Positions 40,838-50,703 of a stretch of DNA of 64,000 nt are shown in pieces. Position 1 is the first letter of the stretch, and every line of letters starts with the position of its first letter. This stretch comes from Bacteroidales bacterium (GTDB taxonomy: Bacteria; Bacteroidota; Bacteroidia; Bacteroidales; WCHB1-69). The position numbers were made by a program, and so were the translations under genes. Location: positions 541 through 64,540 of the forward strand of contig JAGCVQ010000094.1 of the NCBI GenBank assembly GCA_017962275.1, given 5' to 3'. Under the pieces are notes generated by a model, which was given only the letters and a program-made list of their open reading frames with translations, was not told the DNA's origin and made no database searches.

Positions 40838-41509
40838 ATGAACATCGAAAAATACGACGAAATCCGGGCTTCCTTGCCCGCCGGCGTGCGACTGGTCGCC
40901 GTCTCCAAATTCAAACCGGCGGAGGACATTGCCGCGCTGTACCAACATGGGCAGCGCGTTTTTGGTGAGAACCATGCGCAGGAGATGAAATCCAAACACG
41001 AGATTCTTCCTCAAGACATCGAATGGCACTTCATCGGGCACCTGCAAACCAACAAAATCAAATACATCGCGCCGTATGTTGCACTGATTCACAGCATTGA
41101 CAGCTTCAATTTGCTGAAAGAGGTCAACAAACAGGCTGTCAAGAACAACCGCGTAATTCCCTGCCTGCTGCAATTCCACATCGCCGACGAAGAGACCAAA
41201 TTCGGGTTCAGTTTGGAAGAATGCGAGGAGATGCTGCAAAGCCCCGATTTTCAGGAGTTAAAAAACGTGAAAATCCACGGGGTAATGGGCATGGCCACTT
41301 TCACGGACGACCACGGGCAGGTGCGCCGAGAGTTCCATCATCTGCATGACATTTTCGAAACACTCAAATTCCGATATTTCTCGCAAAATCCTGATTTCAA
41401 AGAGCTTTCGATGGGCATGACCGACGACTACCCCATCGCCATCGAGGAGGGCAGCACCCTGATCCGTATCGGCAGCGCCATTTTCGGCCCACGGAATTAT
41501 CAGACGTGA
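40838..41509 (+). CDS. yggS: YggS-family PLP-binding homeostasis protein
   Basis: It carries RLVAVSKFKPAEDI (the PLP lysine) and HFIGHLQTNK. Length is 223 aa. Confidence 0.85.
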   Translation: MNIEKYDEIRASLPAGVRLVAVSKFKPAEDIAALYQHGQRVFGENHAQEMKSKHEILPQDIEWHFIGHLQTNKIKYIAPYVALIHSIDSFNLLKEVNKQAVKNNRVIPCLLQFHIADEETKFGFSLEECEEMLQSPDFQELKNVKIHGVMGMATFTDDHGQVRREFHHLHDIFETLKFRYFSQNPDFKELSMGMTDDYPIAIEEGSTLIRIGSAIFGPRNYQT

Positions 41510-41565
41510 GACGTATGACGTAAGACTTTGAACTTGAAACTTTGAACCTTGAACTTTGAACTTTA
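41503..41565. repeat. 7-nt word array (gacgtga ... aactttg family)
   Basis: The units read gacgtga gacgtat gacgtaa gactttg aacttga aactttg aaccttg aactttg aacttta. The first unit supplies the yggS stop TGA at 41507-09. The vocabulary matches 6398-6446. Confidence 0.85.
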
Positions 41566-41577
41566 ATACAACTGAAT

Positions 41578-42996
41578 ATGAAAAAATTTTCCACCCTACT
41601 GATCATCGCCCTGCTGGCGGGCATTTTCTCTGCGTACGCGAATGACGGCGACACCACCGCAGTCCAACGAGACAAAAAACCCAAGAAAGAAAAAAGCGAG
41701 GTTCGTACCGGCTGGACGTTCGGCATCCTGCCCAGTGTGGCGTATGACGCGGACAAGGGGTTCCAATACGGCGTGCTTGCCAATGTTTACGACTTCGGCG
41801 ACGGTTCCGCCTATCCCGACTACTTCCACTCGCTCTACTTCGAGGCGGCCTACACCACCAAACGGTCGGGCCTGTTCCGCTTCGCCTACGACTCCAAACA
41901 CCTGCTCCCGGGTCACCATTTGAAACTCGATGTCTCCTATCTGCCTGACGCACTGTGCGATTTCTACGGTTACAACGGTTACCAGACGGTCTATAACGGC
42001 GGTTGGGCCAAGAAAAAAAGCGAGGACTACATCTCCCGTGCCTTCTACAAATCGCAACGCGACCTGCTCCGCATCGCCGGTGACATTGACGGCAGTATCG
42101 GGTCAAACTGGTACTGGAACGCCGGCTTGGGTTTGCTTTGGTACAACATCGCGCCGGTGAACATCGACATGATCAACAAGGGCAAGAAACCGGAGAACAT
42201 GCTGCCCTACGTGGACGGAATGTACGACAAATACGTGAAATGGGGCATTCTGTCGGCGGCGGAAGCCAACGGCGGCTGGCACCCCTACGTGCGCGGCGGT
42301 ATCTCTTACGACAGTCGCGACCGCCAGCAAAATACGAAAAAAGGCATGAATGCGGATGCTTTCCTGACCTATTATGCCGGCTTCGGTGAGGACAAAGGCG
42401 CCAACAGCTTGATTTTCAATGCCAGTTTTCGTCATTTCGTACCGGTCTATCAAGACAAAATCACGTTTGCCTACCGTGTGGCCGCACAATTGGACGTGGC
42501 CGGCGATGCACCGTTCTACCTCAACAACTATTATAACAACTTGTTTATCCAGAGGGTGTTATACGAAGGATTGGGCGGCGGTAACACCTGCCGCGGCATC
42601 CTGCGTCACCGCATCTCTGCCAAGAGCTACGCCTTCGCCAACGTGGAATTCCGCTTCCAAATCTGCAAATTCGACATCGGCAAGGAGCACTTCTTCATCG
42701 GCCTCAACCCGTTCGTCGATATGGGCCTTGTCCTGCAGCCCTACCGCCTCGACCAAAACACCATCATCGACAATATCGTGAAAAACGATCCCGAGTTCGA
42801 CCTGAACAATCTGTCCGACTACATCGTTTTCGACGAGAGCAAAAACGTCTATCGCCCGCACTTTTCCGGCGGTTTAGGTCTGAAACTGATGATGAACGAC
42901 AACTTTGTGCTCTCCGTTGATTGGGCAGTGCCGTTCGACAAACGCGACAACGACGGCATGGCCAACATCTACGTCAAGATGGGTTACATGTTCTAA
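41578..42996 (+). CDS. Outer-membrane beta-barrel protein, Omp85/BamA-like barrel without an evident POTRA domain
   Basis: It has a signal peptide ending FSAYA, Gly/aromatic-rich strands and the C-terminal YVKMGYMF (terminal Phe). Confidence 0.45.
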   Translation: MKKFSTLLIIALLAGIFSAYANDGDTTAVQRDKKPKKEKSEVRTGWTFGILPSVAYDADKGFQYGVLANVYDFGDGSAYPDYFHSLYFEAAYTTKRSGLFRFAYDSKHLLPGHHLKLDVSYLPDALCDFYGYNGYQTVYNGGWAKKKSEDYISRAFYKSQRDLLRIAGDIDGSIGSNWYWNAGLGLLWYNIAPVNIDMINKGKKPENMLPYVDGMYDKYVKWGILSAAEANGGWHPYVRGGISYDSRDRQQNTKKGMNADAFLTYYAGFGEDKGANSLIFNASFRHFVPVYQDKITFAYRVAAQLDVAGDAPFYLNNYYNNLFIQRVLYEGLGGGNTCRGILRHRISAKSYAFANVEFRFQICKFDIGKEHFFIGLNPFVDMGLVLQPYRLDQNTIIDNIVKNDPEFDLNNLSDYIVFDESKNVYRPHFSGGLGLKLMMNDNFVLSVDWAVPFDKRDNDGMANIYVKMGYMF

Positions 42997-42999
42997 TCT

Positions 43000-44010
43000 A
43001 TGAAATTAACTGAATATCAAAATCTTAAAGATTACAACACCTTCGGAATGGAGGTGGCCGCGCAGCGTTTTCTGCAAATCGAAAACGCTGACGAGGTGCC
43101 TTCCGTCATCCGCGAATACCTGCAAGAAAAACCGTATTACATTCTCGGCGGCGGCAGTAACACGCTGTTCACCAAAGACTTCGATGGTATCATCGTCCAT
43201 CCTGCCTTCACCGGCATCGAACTCATGGAACAAACCAGCGATGATGTGGTGTTGCGCGTGGCCGCCGGTGAACCTTGGGACAACCTGATTCAATATTGCA
43301 TCAAACGTCAACTCTATGGTATAGAGAATCTTACGGCTATTCCCGGACTGGTGGGCAGTGCCCCCGTGCAGAATATCGGGGCCTACGGGGTGGAGGTGAA
43401 AGACACCGTTTTGAAAGTGGAAGGGTATGTCATCTCCACCGGAGAACCCTTCTCGCTGACCAACCCCGAATGCCGCTTCGCTTACCGCAACTCCATCTTC
43501 AAACAGGAGCTGAAGCATGACTGCATCATCACTTACGTTTGGTTCCAACTATCTAAGATAAAACACTTTACGCTTTCCTATCAAGGGCTCGCAAAAGCGT
43601 TGGAGGAACGGGAACTGCCCTTGACGCTGCACAGTGTCTCCGACTGCGTGCGGAAAATCCGCGACGCCAAACTGCCGGATCCCAAAATGGTGGGCAACGG
43701 CGGCAGTTTTTTCAAAAACCCGGTCGTTCCGATTGAACAATTCACGGAATTGACTGTCCAATACCCTGACCTCGTGGGTTACGATGCGCCTGACGGAATG
43801 AAGAAACTCTCTGCAGGCCAGCTAATTGAGAAGGCAGGATGGAAAGGAAAACGTTTGGGCAACGCGGGTACATGGAAGAACCAGGCATTGGTGCTGGTGA
43901 ACTACGGCGGGGCTACCCCGAACGAGGTGCTGCAGGTGGCTGAAACTATTATCCATGATGTCAAAACCTTGTTTGACATTACGTTAGAGATGGAAATCAA
44001 TCAAATATAG
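43000..44010 (+). CDS. murB: UDP-N-acetylenolpyruvoylglucosamine reductase
   Basis: It has the FAD-binding motif ILGGGSNTLF and the C-terminal GSFFKNP. Length is 336 aa. Confidence 0.9.
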   Translation: MKLTEYQNLKDYNTFGMEVAAQRFLQIENADEVPSVIREYLQEKPYYILGGGSNTLFTKDFDGIIVHPAFTGIELMEQTSDDVVLRVAAGEPWDNLIQYCIKRQLYGIENLTAIPGLVGSAPVQNIGAYGVEVKDTVLKVEGYVISTGEPFSLTNPECRFAYRNSIFKQELKHDCIITYVWFQLSKIKHFTLSYQGLAKALEERELPLTLHSVSDCVRKIRDAKLPDPKMVGNGGSFFKNPVVPIEQFTELTVQYPDLVGYDAPDGMKKLSAGQLIEKAGWKGKRLGNAGTWKNQALVLVNYGGATPNEVLQVAETIIHDVKTLFDITLEMEINQI

Positions 44011-44023
44011 GATCGAATCAAAA

Positions 44024-44422
44024 ATGAAAAAAACAGCTCATATCATCCAAAACATCCGCAAAAAGGGCATCACAGGGCTCTGCTTCTGTTGTGTCGTTTT
44101 GCTGATGGCCGGTTGCGACCTCTTTCCGAGCAAGGAAAAGTTCGACAAGACACTACTTTCCGGCTACTGGGTGAGCGGGACTGTACACGAATTTTACAAC
44201 GCCAACGGCACCGGTTACACTTGGGACACCGCCGACGATGTGACCGAAGAGGAGGCGCAACCCTTCACCTGGACGTTGGAAAAGGCCACCCTGACCCAAA
44301 TCCATCAGATGGAAATGGGCGGCAACGTGCCGAAAACCTACACCGTTACAAAACTGAACACCACCTCGCTGGAATATCACGACGACTACGGCAAATATTA
44401 TACTTACATTAAAGACAGATGA
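44024..44422 (+). CDS. Hypothetical lipoprotein
   Basis: It has the lipobox VLLMAGC. Its stop overlaps the next start (ATGA). Confidence 0.4.
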   Translation: MKKTAHIIQNIRKKGITGLCFCCVVLLMAGCDLFPSKEKFDKTLLSGYWVSGTVHEFYNANGTGYTWDTADDVTEEEAQPFTWTLEKATLTQIHQMEMGGNVPKTYTVTKLNTTSLEYHDDYGKYYTYIKDR

Positions 44423-47400
44423 AGAAAGCGCTGAAAATAGGGCTGATTTCCATTGGTTCGGTGATTTTGATTCTTGCAATTGCCGTCACCATCGCGCTTT
44501 ATAGCCTCTTCTCACCTTCCAAACTGGCCAAAATCGTCAACAACCAAGCGGACCGATACCTCACCTGCGATTTCCATATTGACAAGGTCGGGCTCACTTT
44601 TTTCAAGACATTCCCGAAAATCGGGCTGGATTTGGAGAATGTGGTGCTGAAAAATCCCCAAAACACGCTGGTTTCCGACACATTGCTGTACGCCAAGAAC
44701 TGCGTGGCTTCCCTCAACATCCGCGAACTCCTCAAAAACAAACATGCCGAAATTAACGATTTTTCACTTGACAACGGTCTCGTGAATCTCTACATTGACG
44801 AACATGGCAATGGAAATTACAACGTGTTTGTCACTCATCCAGAGGACACCACTTCTGAGAATTATACCATTGATTTACAAAAAGTTAAGGCGACAAATCT
44901 CGACATTCGTTATCTGAATGCACAAACGAAGCAAAAGGTGGTCGCCAAAGAGGCGGATGTGACGGTGAAAGGGACCTTTGTGGAGAACAATCTCGACGGT
45001 CATGCTGATGTGAAAGCGAAAAACCTGCTGTTCGTGATGGCAGACAGTACGCGGCTGCACTTTTCCGGCAACCAAATACAAGCCGCTTACGATGGCTCTT
45101 TCACAGATTTTAACTTGATTGACGGCAACCTCAACGCCGACATTCAAGATGCTGTACTCATTCTCGATACCACGCACTACCTCAACGGGATGGATATTGC
45201 CGTATCGTCAGACCTGCAGGCGGATTTGGCAGCGCGGGATTTCCAGTTGAAGGAGACACGATTAAGTCTTGACAAACAGGAACTTGAGGTAAACGGACGG
45301 GTCAATATCGACACCACCAACAGCGACATCCATACCGATCTGCACTACAAAACGGGCAACTGGAAAATCGAGGAAGTACTGCCGTTAGTTCCCCGAGCCA
45401 TTATCGGTAACAAACTGGATGACATACAGATAGATGGAAACATCGCCTTGGAAGGGGATGTAAAGGGAACGTTCAGCGAGACGCAAACCCCGAAAATCAC
45501 CTCCGACATTGCCTGGCACAACGGTCGTTTCGCGATGAAGGACCTGCCGCTCGATTTCGAGAAAGCTGATGGTCTTTTCGACCTTCATCTGGATCTGGAC
45601 AACCAGTCGGATGTGACCGTGAAAAGTCTCTCGGCAACCACCCGCAAGCGCAACAAACTTACCGCATCGGGAACAATTAAAAACCTGTTAGGCAAGATGT
45701 TGTGTGACATCGTCGCGACGGGAAACCTCCATATCACCGACTTCAAAGACTTCCTCCCTGAAGACTTTACCGAGTACGGCGGGAAGGCCGACCTCAAGGT
45801 AAACACGCAATTTGCCTACGACCCTGAAAGGGATTTTTCGGTTGACAACATCACCAAAGCCGTCATCAACGGACAGTTTAAGGATTTGAAGATGTTGTAT
45901 GACGACACGATGTCCGTCTATTCGCCTGACATGCAGGTGGATTTGACTTTCCCATTGACCGAAAAGCCGTACAAAATCAACGAATGGCTCAACGCAAAAG
46001 TAAAAACGAGTGAACTATCGATCCTAAACATTCGCTCTCATGCCCGAAAAGAAATTATTGGCAACGCCATTCAGTTGGATGCTTATACGAACAATCTGTT
46101 AGACAGCACAGTAGAACTCAAACTTGCCACTACCTATCAGCTCAATCAGCTCAGGATATGGGCGGACACGATTTCTGCGGATCTCTCAAATCCTCAAGGC
46201 GTTTTCGTGTTGAAAAACATGAATCAAATGCGGTTCGATTTCAACGGAAACGATGTCAGTGTTTCCGTCAGCAACTCAGGGCAACCCACGAATTCCAGCA
46301 AGGGAGATCTCGTCGATTTCACTACGGATAAAATAAATTTGCAAGCGGAAATTGATTATAAGGAAAATGAAGAGCATCCGCTATTGCAATGGTCTCCTGT
46401 CGTGAAATTGCAAACCACGAATGCGAAAGCCGATATTCGGGATCTGGAACACGCCGTAGTAATACCCGCCCTCAATCTCGATTTCAACCCGCAGAAATGT
46501 GTGTTAAAAAAGGCTAATTTGAAGTTCGGACAGTCGGACGTCAACCTCACGGGCACCATCACGGGCATTGAGCGCTACTTACATGGCAAAGGCCTTCTGA
46601 AAGGCAATTTAGAACTCATCGCCAACTATCTGAACCTTAATGAGTTGATAGCCCTTACCAACGGTTTTGGTGCTCCTGACTCCTTGGTGGAACAGGCGGA
46701 AGAGGTAGCCGCGCAAAGCGGTGATTCTCCGTTCATTGTCCCGTTTGGAGTCGATGTCAACATGAACACCACCATCAAAAAGGCGCTGTATGAAGAGGCT
46801 GAGTTCCGCAACATTGCCGGTCGGGTTTATGTGAAAGACGGCGTGCTGGTCTTGGAGGAGATGGGTCTCACCAACGATGCCGCGCGGATGCAACTCACGG
46901 CTATGTACCGCACCCCCCGCATGAACCACCTCTTCCTCGGTTTCGACTTCCATCTGCTTGATATCAAGATCGATAAGCTCATCGCGATGATTCCGGAGGT
47001 CGATACCATCCTGCCCATGTTGAAAGCCTTCAGCGGCAACGCGGAGTTCCATTTCGCCGCCGAAACCTACCTCAAATCCAACTACGACATCAAATATTCC
47101 ACCCTTCGGGGCGCGGCCGCCATCAACGGCCATGACTTGGTGGTTCTGGATAACGAAACGTATAAGACAATCGCCAAGAAGCTGATGTTCAGTAAGAAAA
47201 CGGAAAACAAAATCGACAGTCTATCGACCGAAATCACCATTTTCAAGAACGAAATCGATGTCTATCCGTTCCTGCTCTCCATCGACAAATACAGCGCGAT
47301 CATCTCCGGGCGGCACAATTTGGACATGACCTACGATTACAACATCTCCTTACTCAAACCCGTACGTATCGGATTGGATATCATCGGGTTGGAAGACAGA

Positions 47401-47547
47401 TTGAAATATAAGGTCGGCAAAGCGAAATACGCCACGCTGTTCGTTCCCGAAAAACGCAAGGTGGTGGAATCCAACGTGATGGAACTGAAAACGCTCATCA
47501 ACAAGACGTTGCAGGAAAACGTGAAAACCGAAAATGGCGTGAAATGA
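44419..47547 (+). CDS. AsmA-family large envelope protein
   Basis: It has an N-terminal TM anchor and is a long beta-rich 1042-aa protein. The N-terminal region is AsmA-like (KLAKIVNNQADRYL...IDKVGLTFF). Confidence 0.55.
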   Translation: MKKALKIGLISIGSVILILAIAVTIALYSLFSPSKLAKIVNNQADRYLTCDFHIDKVGLTFFKTFPKIGLDLENVVLKNPQNTLVSDTLLYAKNCVASLNIRELLKNKHAEINDFSLDNGLVNLYIDEHGNGNYNVFVTHPEDTTSENYTIDLQKVKATNLDIRYLNAQTKQKVVAKEADVTVKGTFVENNLDGHADVKAKNLLFVMADSTRLHFSGNQIQAAYDGSFTDFNLIDGNLNADIQDAVLILDTTHYLNGMDIAVSSDLQADLAARDFQLKETRLSLDKQELEVNGRVNIDTTNSDIHTDLHYKTGNWKIEEVLPLVPRAIIGNKLDDIQIDGNIALEGDVKGTFSETQTPKITSDIAWHNGRFAMKDLPLDFEKADGLFDLHLDLDNQSDVTVKSLSATTRKRNKLTASGTIKNLLGKMLCDIVATGNLHITDFKDFLPEDFTEYGGKADLKVNTQFAYDPERDFSVDNITKAVINGQFKDLKMLYDDTMSVYSPDMQVDLTFPLTEKPYKINEWLNAKVKTSELSILNIRSHARKEIIGNAIQLDAYTNNLLDSTVELKLATTYQLNQLRIWADTISADLSNPQGVFVLKNMNQMRFDFNGNDVSVSVSNSGQPTNSSKGDLVDFTTDKINLQAEIDYKENEEHPLLQWSPVVKLQTTNAKADIRDLEHAVVIPALNLDFNPQKCVLKKANLKFGQSDVNLTGTITGIERYLHGKGLLKGNLELIANYLNLNELIALTNGFGAPDSLVEQAEEVAAQSGDSPFIVPFGVDVNMNTTIKKALYEEAEFRNIAGRVYVKDGVLVLEEMGLTNDAARMQLTAMYRTPRMNHLFLGFDFHLLDIKIDKLIAMIPEVDTILPMLKAFSGNAEFHFAAETYLKSNYDIKYSTLRGAAAINGHDLVVLDNETYKTIAKKLMFSKKTENKIDSLSTEITIFKNEIDVYPFLLSIDKYSAIISGRHNLDMTYDYNISLLKPVRIGLDIIGLEDRLKYKVGKAKYATLFVPEKRKVVESNVMELKTLINKTLQENVKTENGVK

Positions 47548-47572
47548 TAAAATGATGTATTCGTAATTTGTG

Positions 47573-47580
47573 TACTTTTG
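47573..47580 (+). promoter_or_regulatory. -7 promoter box TACTTTTG (sufE)
   Basis: It lies 50 nt before ATG 47631. Confidence 0.4.
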
Positions 47581-47630
47581 CACCTTCTTAATTGAAAATG
47601 TAAAACACAGATATAAAGATTGTTATCGTT

Positions 47631-48056
47631 ATGGCTACGATGAAAGAGACCGAAGAAGAACTGATTCAGGAGTTCGAAATGTTCGACGACTGGATGGACA
47701 AATACAACTACATCATCGAATTGGGCAAGGATTTGCCGATGATCGACCCGCAATTCAAGACCGAAGAGTACCTCATCAGCGGATGCCAGTCGCAGGTGTG
47801 GCTGCACCCCGAGATGCGCGACGGTTTGCTTTTCTTCACCGCTGACAGCGACGCCATCATCACGAAAGGCATTGTCAATCTGTTGATTAGAGTGCTTTCC
47901 GGACACACCCCGCAGGAAATTCTCGACAACGATTTGTCCTATATTGATGCCATCGGTTTGAAAAACCACCTTTCCCCTACCCGTTCCAACGGATTGGCAT
48001 CCATGATCAAACAGATAAAATTGTATGCTTTGGCCTATTCCGCCAAACAATCATAA
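47631..48056 (+). CDS. sufE: SufE-family sulfur acceptor protein
   Basis: It carries YLISGCQSQVWL (the active-site Cys). Length is 141 aa. Confidence 0.8.
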   Translation: MATMKETEEELIQEFEMFDDWMDKYNYIIELGKDLPMIDPQFKTEEYLISGCQSQVWLHPEMRDGLLFFTADSDAIITKGIVNLLIRVLSGHTPQEILDNDLSYIDAIGLKNHLSPTRSNGLASMIKQIKLYALAYSAKQS

Positions 48057-48070
48057 AAAAAGTTAATTCA

Positions 48071-48316
48071 ATGAAAAAAATCATCAGCCTTTTTATCCTG
48101 TTGGCTTGCGTAATCGGGCTTTCCTCCTGTAAGATGAAAGAGTGCAGGTGCTATTCCACCAATGTGATCACGCAAAACGACAGCATCATCCAAAATGAGA
48201 CAGACACGGTGAACAACTACACACGTGGCAATTGCGAGGAATTCAACAAAGACGAAGATCTGGAGATGGATTCTGTGACCTTCGTCCACCACTCCATCAT
48301 TTGCATGGAAGACTAA
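48071..48316 (+). CDS. Small hypothetical lipoprotein
   Basis: It has the lipobox GLSSC and is an 81-aa Cys-containing protein. Confidence 0.35.
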   Translation: MKKIISLFILLACVIGLSSCKMKECRCYSTNVITQNDSIIQNETDTVNNYTRGNCEEFNKDEDLEMDSVTFVHHSIICMED

Positions 48317-48345
48317 CCTCTAACGCTGTTAATAATCCTTAAATA

Positions 48346-49212
48346 ATGGGAGATACTTCAAACAAGGGGGTGGCGCTCGTGACGGGCGCTGACGGCGGCA
48401 TGGGCCGCATACACACACGTGAACTGGCCAAGGCGGGCTACGAAGTCATCATGGCCTGCATCGACACCGATGCAGCCCGTCCGGAGATGGAAGAAATCCA
48501 ACGGGAAACCGGCGGGACTTTTCATCTCATGCGTGTGGATCTTGGCGACCTTTCCGACATTGTCCGTTTTGCTGACGAGGTGAAAAATCGCTTCCCCTCC
48601 CTGCAGATCCTGCTCAACAACGCGGGAGTATTGCCCAGCCACTCCAAGACGAGCGTAAACAACGTTGAGTACATCATGGCGGTTAACTACCTGGGACACT
48701 TCACGTTGACCAATCTCCTTCACCCGATTATGGGCCAAGGTACCCGCATCGTCAGCATGATTTCCCTGGCCTACTCCCTCGGGAAAATCACCCCCGACAC
48801 CTTCAAACCCAAAACCCAAAAAGAATACAACCGCTTCGTCGCCTACGGCAGTTCGAAACTGGCCCTTTACTACTTCATGCTCGATGCTTCCGAAGCGTGG
48901 AAGGACGAAGGCATCTGCTTCAACGTTTCCGACCCGAACATTGTGGATACCGGCATCATCCGGATGGACAACATCGTGGTGGACAAACTTTGCGACTGGT
49001 TTTTCCGTCCGCTCATCAACACCCCCGAGCAAGGTGCAGCCAACATGCTGACGGCCGCGATAAATCCTGAATACCAAAATGTTACAGGGAAAATCTTCAA
49101 AAACTGCAAGGTGGTGGAACCCAAACGGCGTTTCCAAAACAATGTGAAGGAACGCAAACTGCTGAGAGAGTTGACATTGCAAATTCTCGCCGACAACAAT
49201 ATCGCATTATGA
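48346..49212 (+). CDS. Short-chain dehydrogenase/reductase (SDR) family oxidoreductase
   Basis: It has the Rossmann motif ALVTGADGGMG, NNAG, and the catalytic YGSSK. Confidence 0.75.
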   Translation: MGDTSNKGVALVTGADGGMGRIHTRELAKAGYEVIMACIDTDAARPEMEEIQRETGGTFHLMRVDLGDLSDIVRFADEVKNRFPSLQILLNNAGVLPSHSKTSVNNVEYIMAVNYLGHFTLTNLLHPIMGQGTRIVSMISLAYSLGKITPDTFKPKTQKEYNRFVAYGSSKLALYYFMLDASEAWKDEGICFNVSDPNIVDTGIIRMDNIVVDKLCDWFFRPLINTPEQGAANMLTAAINPEYQNVTGKIFKNCKVVEPKRRFQNNVKERKLLRELTLQILADNNIAL

Positions 49213-50123
49213 GTGTCCCGCCCTACCTAAACCCTGGAGATACAGTGGCCTTGGCCGCGCCCGCCCGCAAGATTTCCCAAGCTGAAATCCTGCCTGCGGA
49301 ACGATGGCTGAAATCCGTCGGTTTTAACGTTTTTTATGATGACCGCCTCTTTGCCGAAGAGCATCAGTTTGCCGGCAGTGACGAGGTGCGTGCCCAGTAT
49401 TTCCAAGAGCTGTTAGACTGCGATGAAATCAAAGCAATATGGTGTGTCAGAGGGGGTTACGGTTCGGCCAGAATCATTGACAAACTCGATTTTTCACACT
49501 TCCGTCAGCATCCGAAATGGGTTTGCGGCTACAGCGATATCACCGTTTTCCACAGCCATGTCCAACAGAACTTCCAAACCGCCACGTTGCACGCCACCAT
49601 GCCGATCAATGTGACGGAAGAGAATACGCAAACTCCTGCCGTACAGTCGTTTTTGGCGGCGTTGACGGGGAAACCGCTCACCTACGAGATTGCACCTCAC
49701 CCCTTGTCACGACAAAAGGTGTTTTCAGGAATTTTAACAGGAGGTAACCTCTCCATGCTCTATTCTCTCGTCGGCTCCCCGTCTGACATCGACACGACCG
49801 ATAAAGTGCTGTTTATAGAAGACTTAGACGAATATCTGTACCACATCGACCGAATGATGCTCAACCTGAAACGGAGCGGCAAGCTGACGAGCATCAAAGC
49901 CTTGTTGGTCGGGCACTTAAGCGACATGCACGACAATACCGTGCCTTTCGGGAAAACGGCGGAGGAGATCGTGGCCGACCATTGCCGTGACCTCGACATC
50001 CCGCTTATTTTCAACGTCCCCGCAGGGCATCTTCCCGACAACCGCGCCTTCCGGATGGGCTGTAAAATCGAAGGTTCTTTCAAAGACAACAAGTTTATAA
50101 TCAATAGTTTGAATCATGACTAA
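49209..50123 (+). CDS. ldcA: LD-carboxypeptidase (peptidase S66)
   Basis: It carries GDTVALAAPA and the nucleophile motif GYSDIT, and has a C-terminal His region. Confidence 0.75.
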   Translation: MSVPPYLNPGDTVALAAPARKISQAEILPAERWLKSVGFNVFYDDRLFAEEHQFAGSDEVRAQYFQELLDCDEIKAIWCVRGGYGSARIIDKLDFSHFRQHPKWVCGYSDITVFHSHVQQNFQTATLHATMPINVTEENTQTPAVQSFLAALTGKPLTYEIAPHPLSRQKVFSGILTGGNLSMLYSLVGSPSDIDTTDKVLFIEDLDEYLYHIDRMMLNLKRSGKLTSIKALLVGHLSDMHDNTVPFGKTAEEIVADHCRDLDIPLIFNVPAGHLPDNRAFRMGCKIEGSFKDNKFIINSLNHD

Positions 50124-50703
50124 AAGTGAATTCTTCTTCAAATATATCTATCGGCTGAAACCCGTTGAATACCCTGACCCAAACGGCACACTGCCTAAAA
50201 GCGTGCTGATGATGGCGCCGCACACCTCCTTCATGGATTTCATCATCGGGCTTTCGGCGATGAGCTATTACGACCTGCACGCCAGCACCATCATCAAAAA
50301 GGAGATTTTCGTATTCCCTTTGAACTTGATACTAAAGAAGTTAGGCGGTATTCCCGTGGATCGGAAACATGCGCGGAATTTCGTGAGCTACGCCGCCGAC
50401 ATCATCAAAAAACGGGATCGCATCACGCTGATTATCTGTCCGGAAGGCACCCGGAAACGCACCGACAAATGGAAACGCGGCTTCTATCAGATCGCCATGG
50501 AGGCCGGCGTGCCCATCAGCTTGGGCTTCATCGACTATCGTACGCGCACCTGCGGCATCATGTCGATTTTCCACCCCACCGGCGACTACGAAAAGGACAT
50601 TCAAGAAATCCAGAAACAGTATTACGGGCTGGAGGGCTACCACAAAGGGCAGTTCAACTTGGAAGACAAGCCGCACGCCCACCCGGAATGGTACGACTTA
50701 TAG
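50116..50703 (+). CDS. Lysophospholipid (1-acyl-glycerol-3-phosphate-type) acyltransferase
   Basis: It has the HX4D motif PHTSFMD and a PEGTR motif. Confidence 0.65.
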   Translation: MTKSEFFFKYIYRLKPVEYPDPNGTLPKSVLMMAPHTSFMDFIIGLSAMSYYDLHASTIIKKEIFVFPLNLILKKLGGIPVDRKHARNFVSYAADIIKKRDRITLIICPEGTRKRTDKWKRGFYQIAMEAGVPISLGFIDYRTRTCGIMSIFHPTGDYEKDIQEIQKQYYGLEGYHKGQFNLEDKPHAHPEWYDL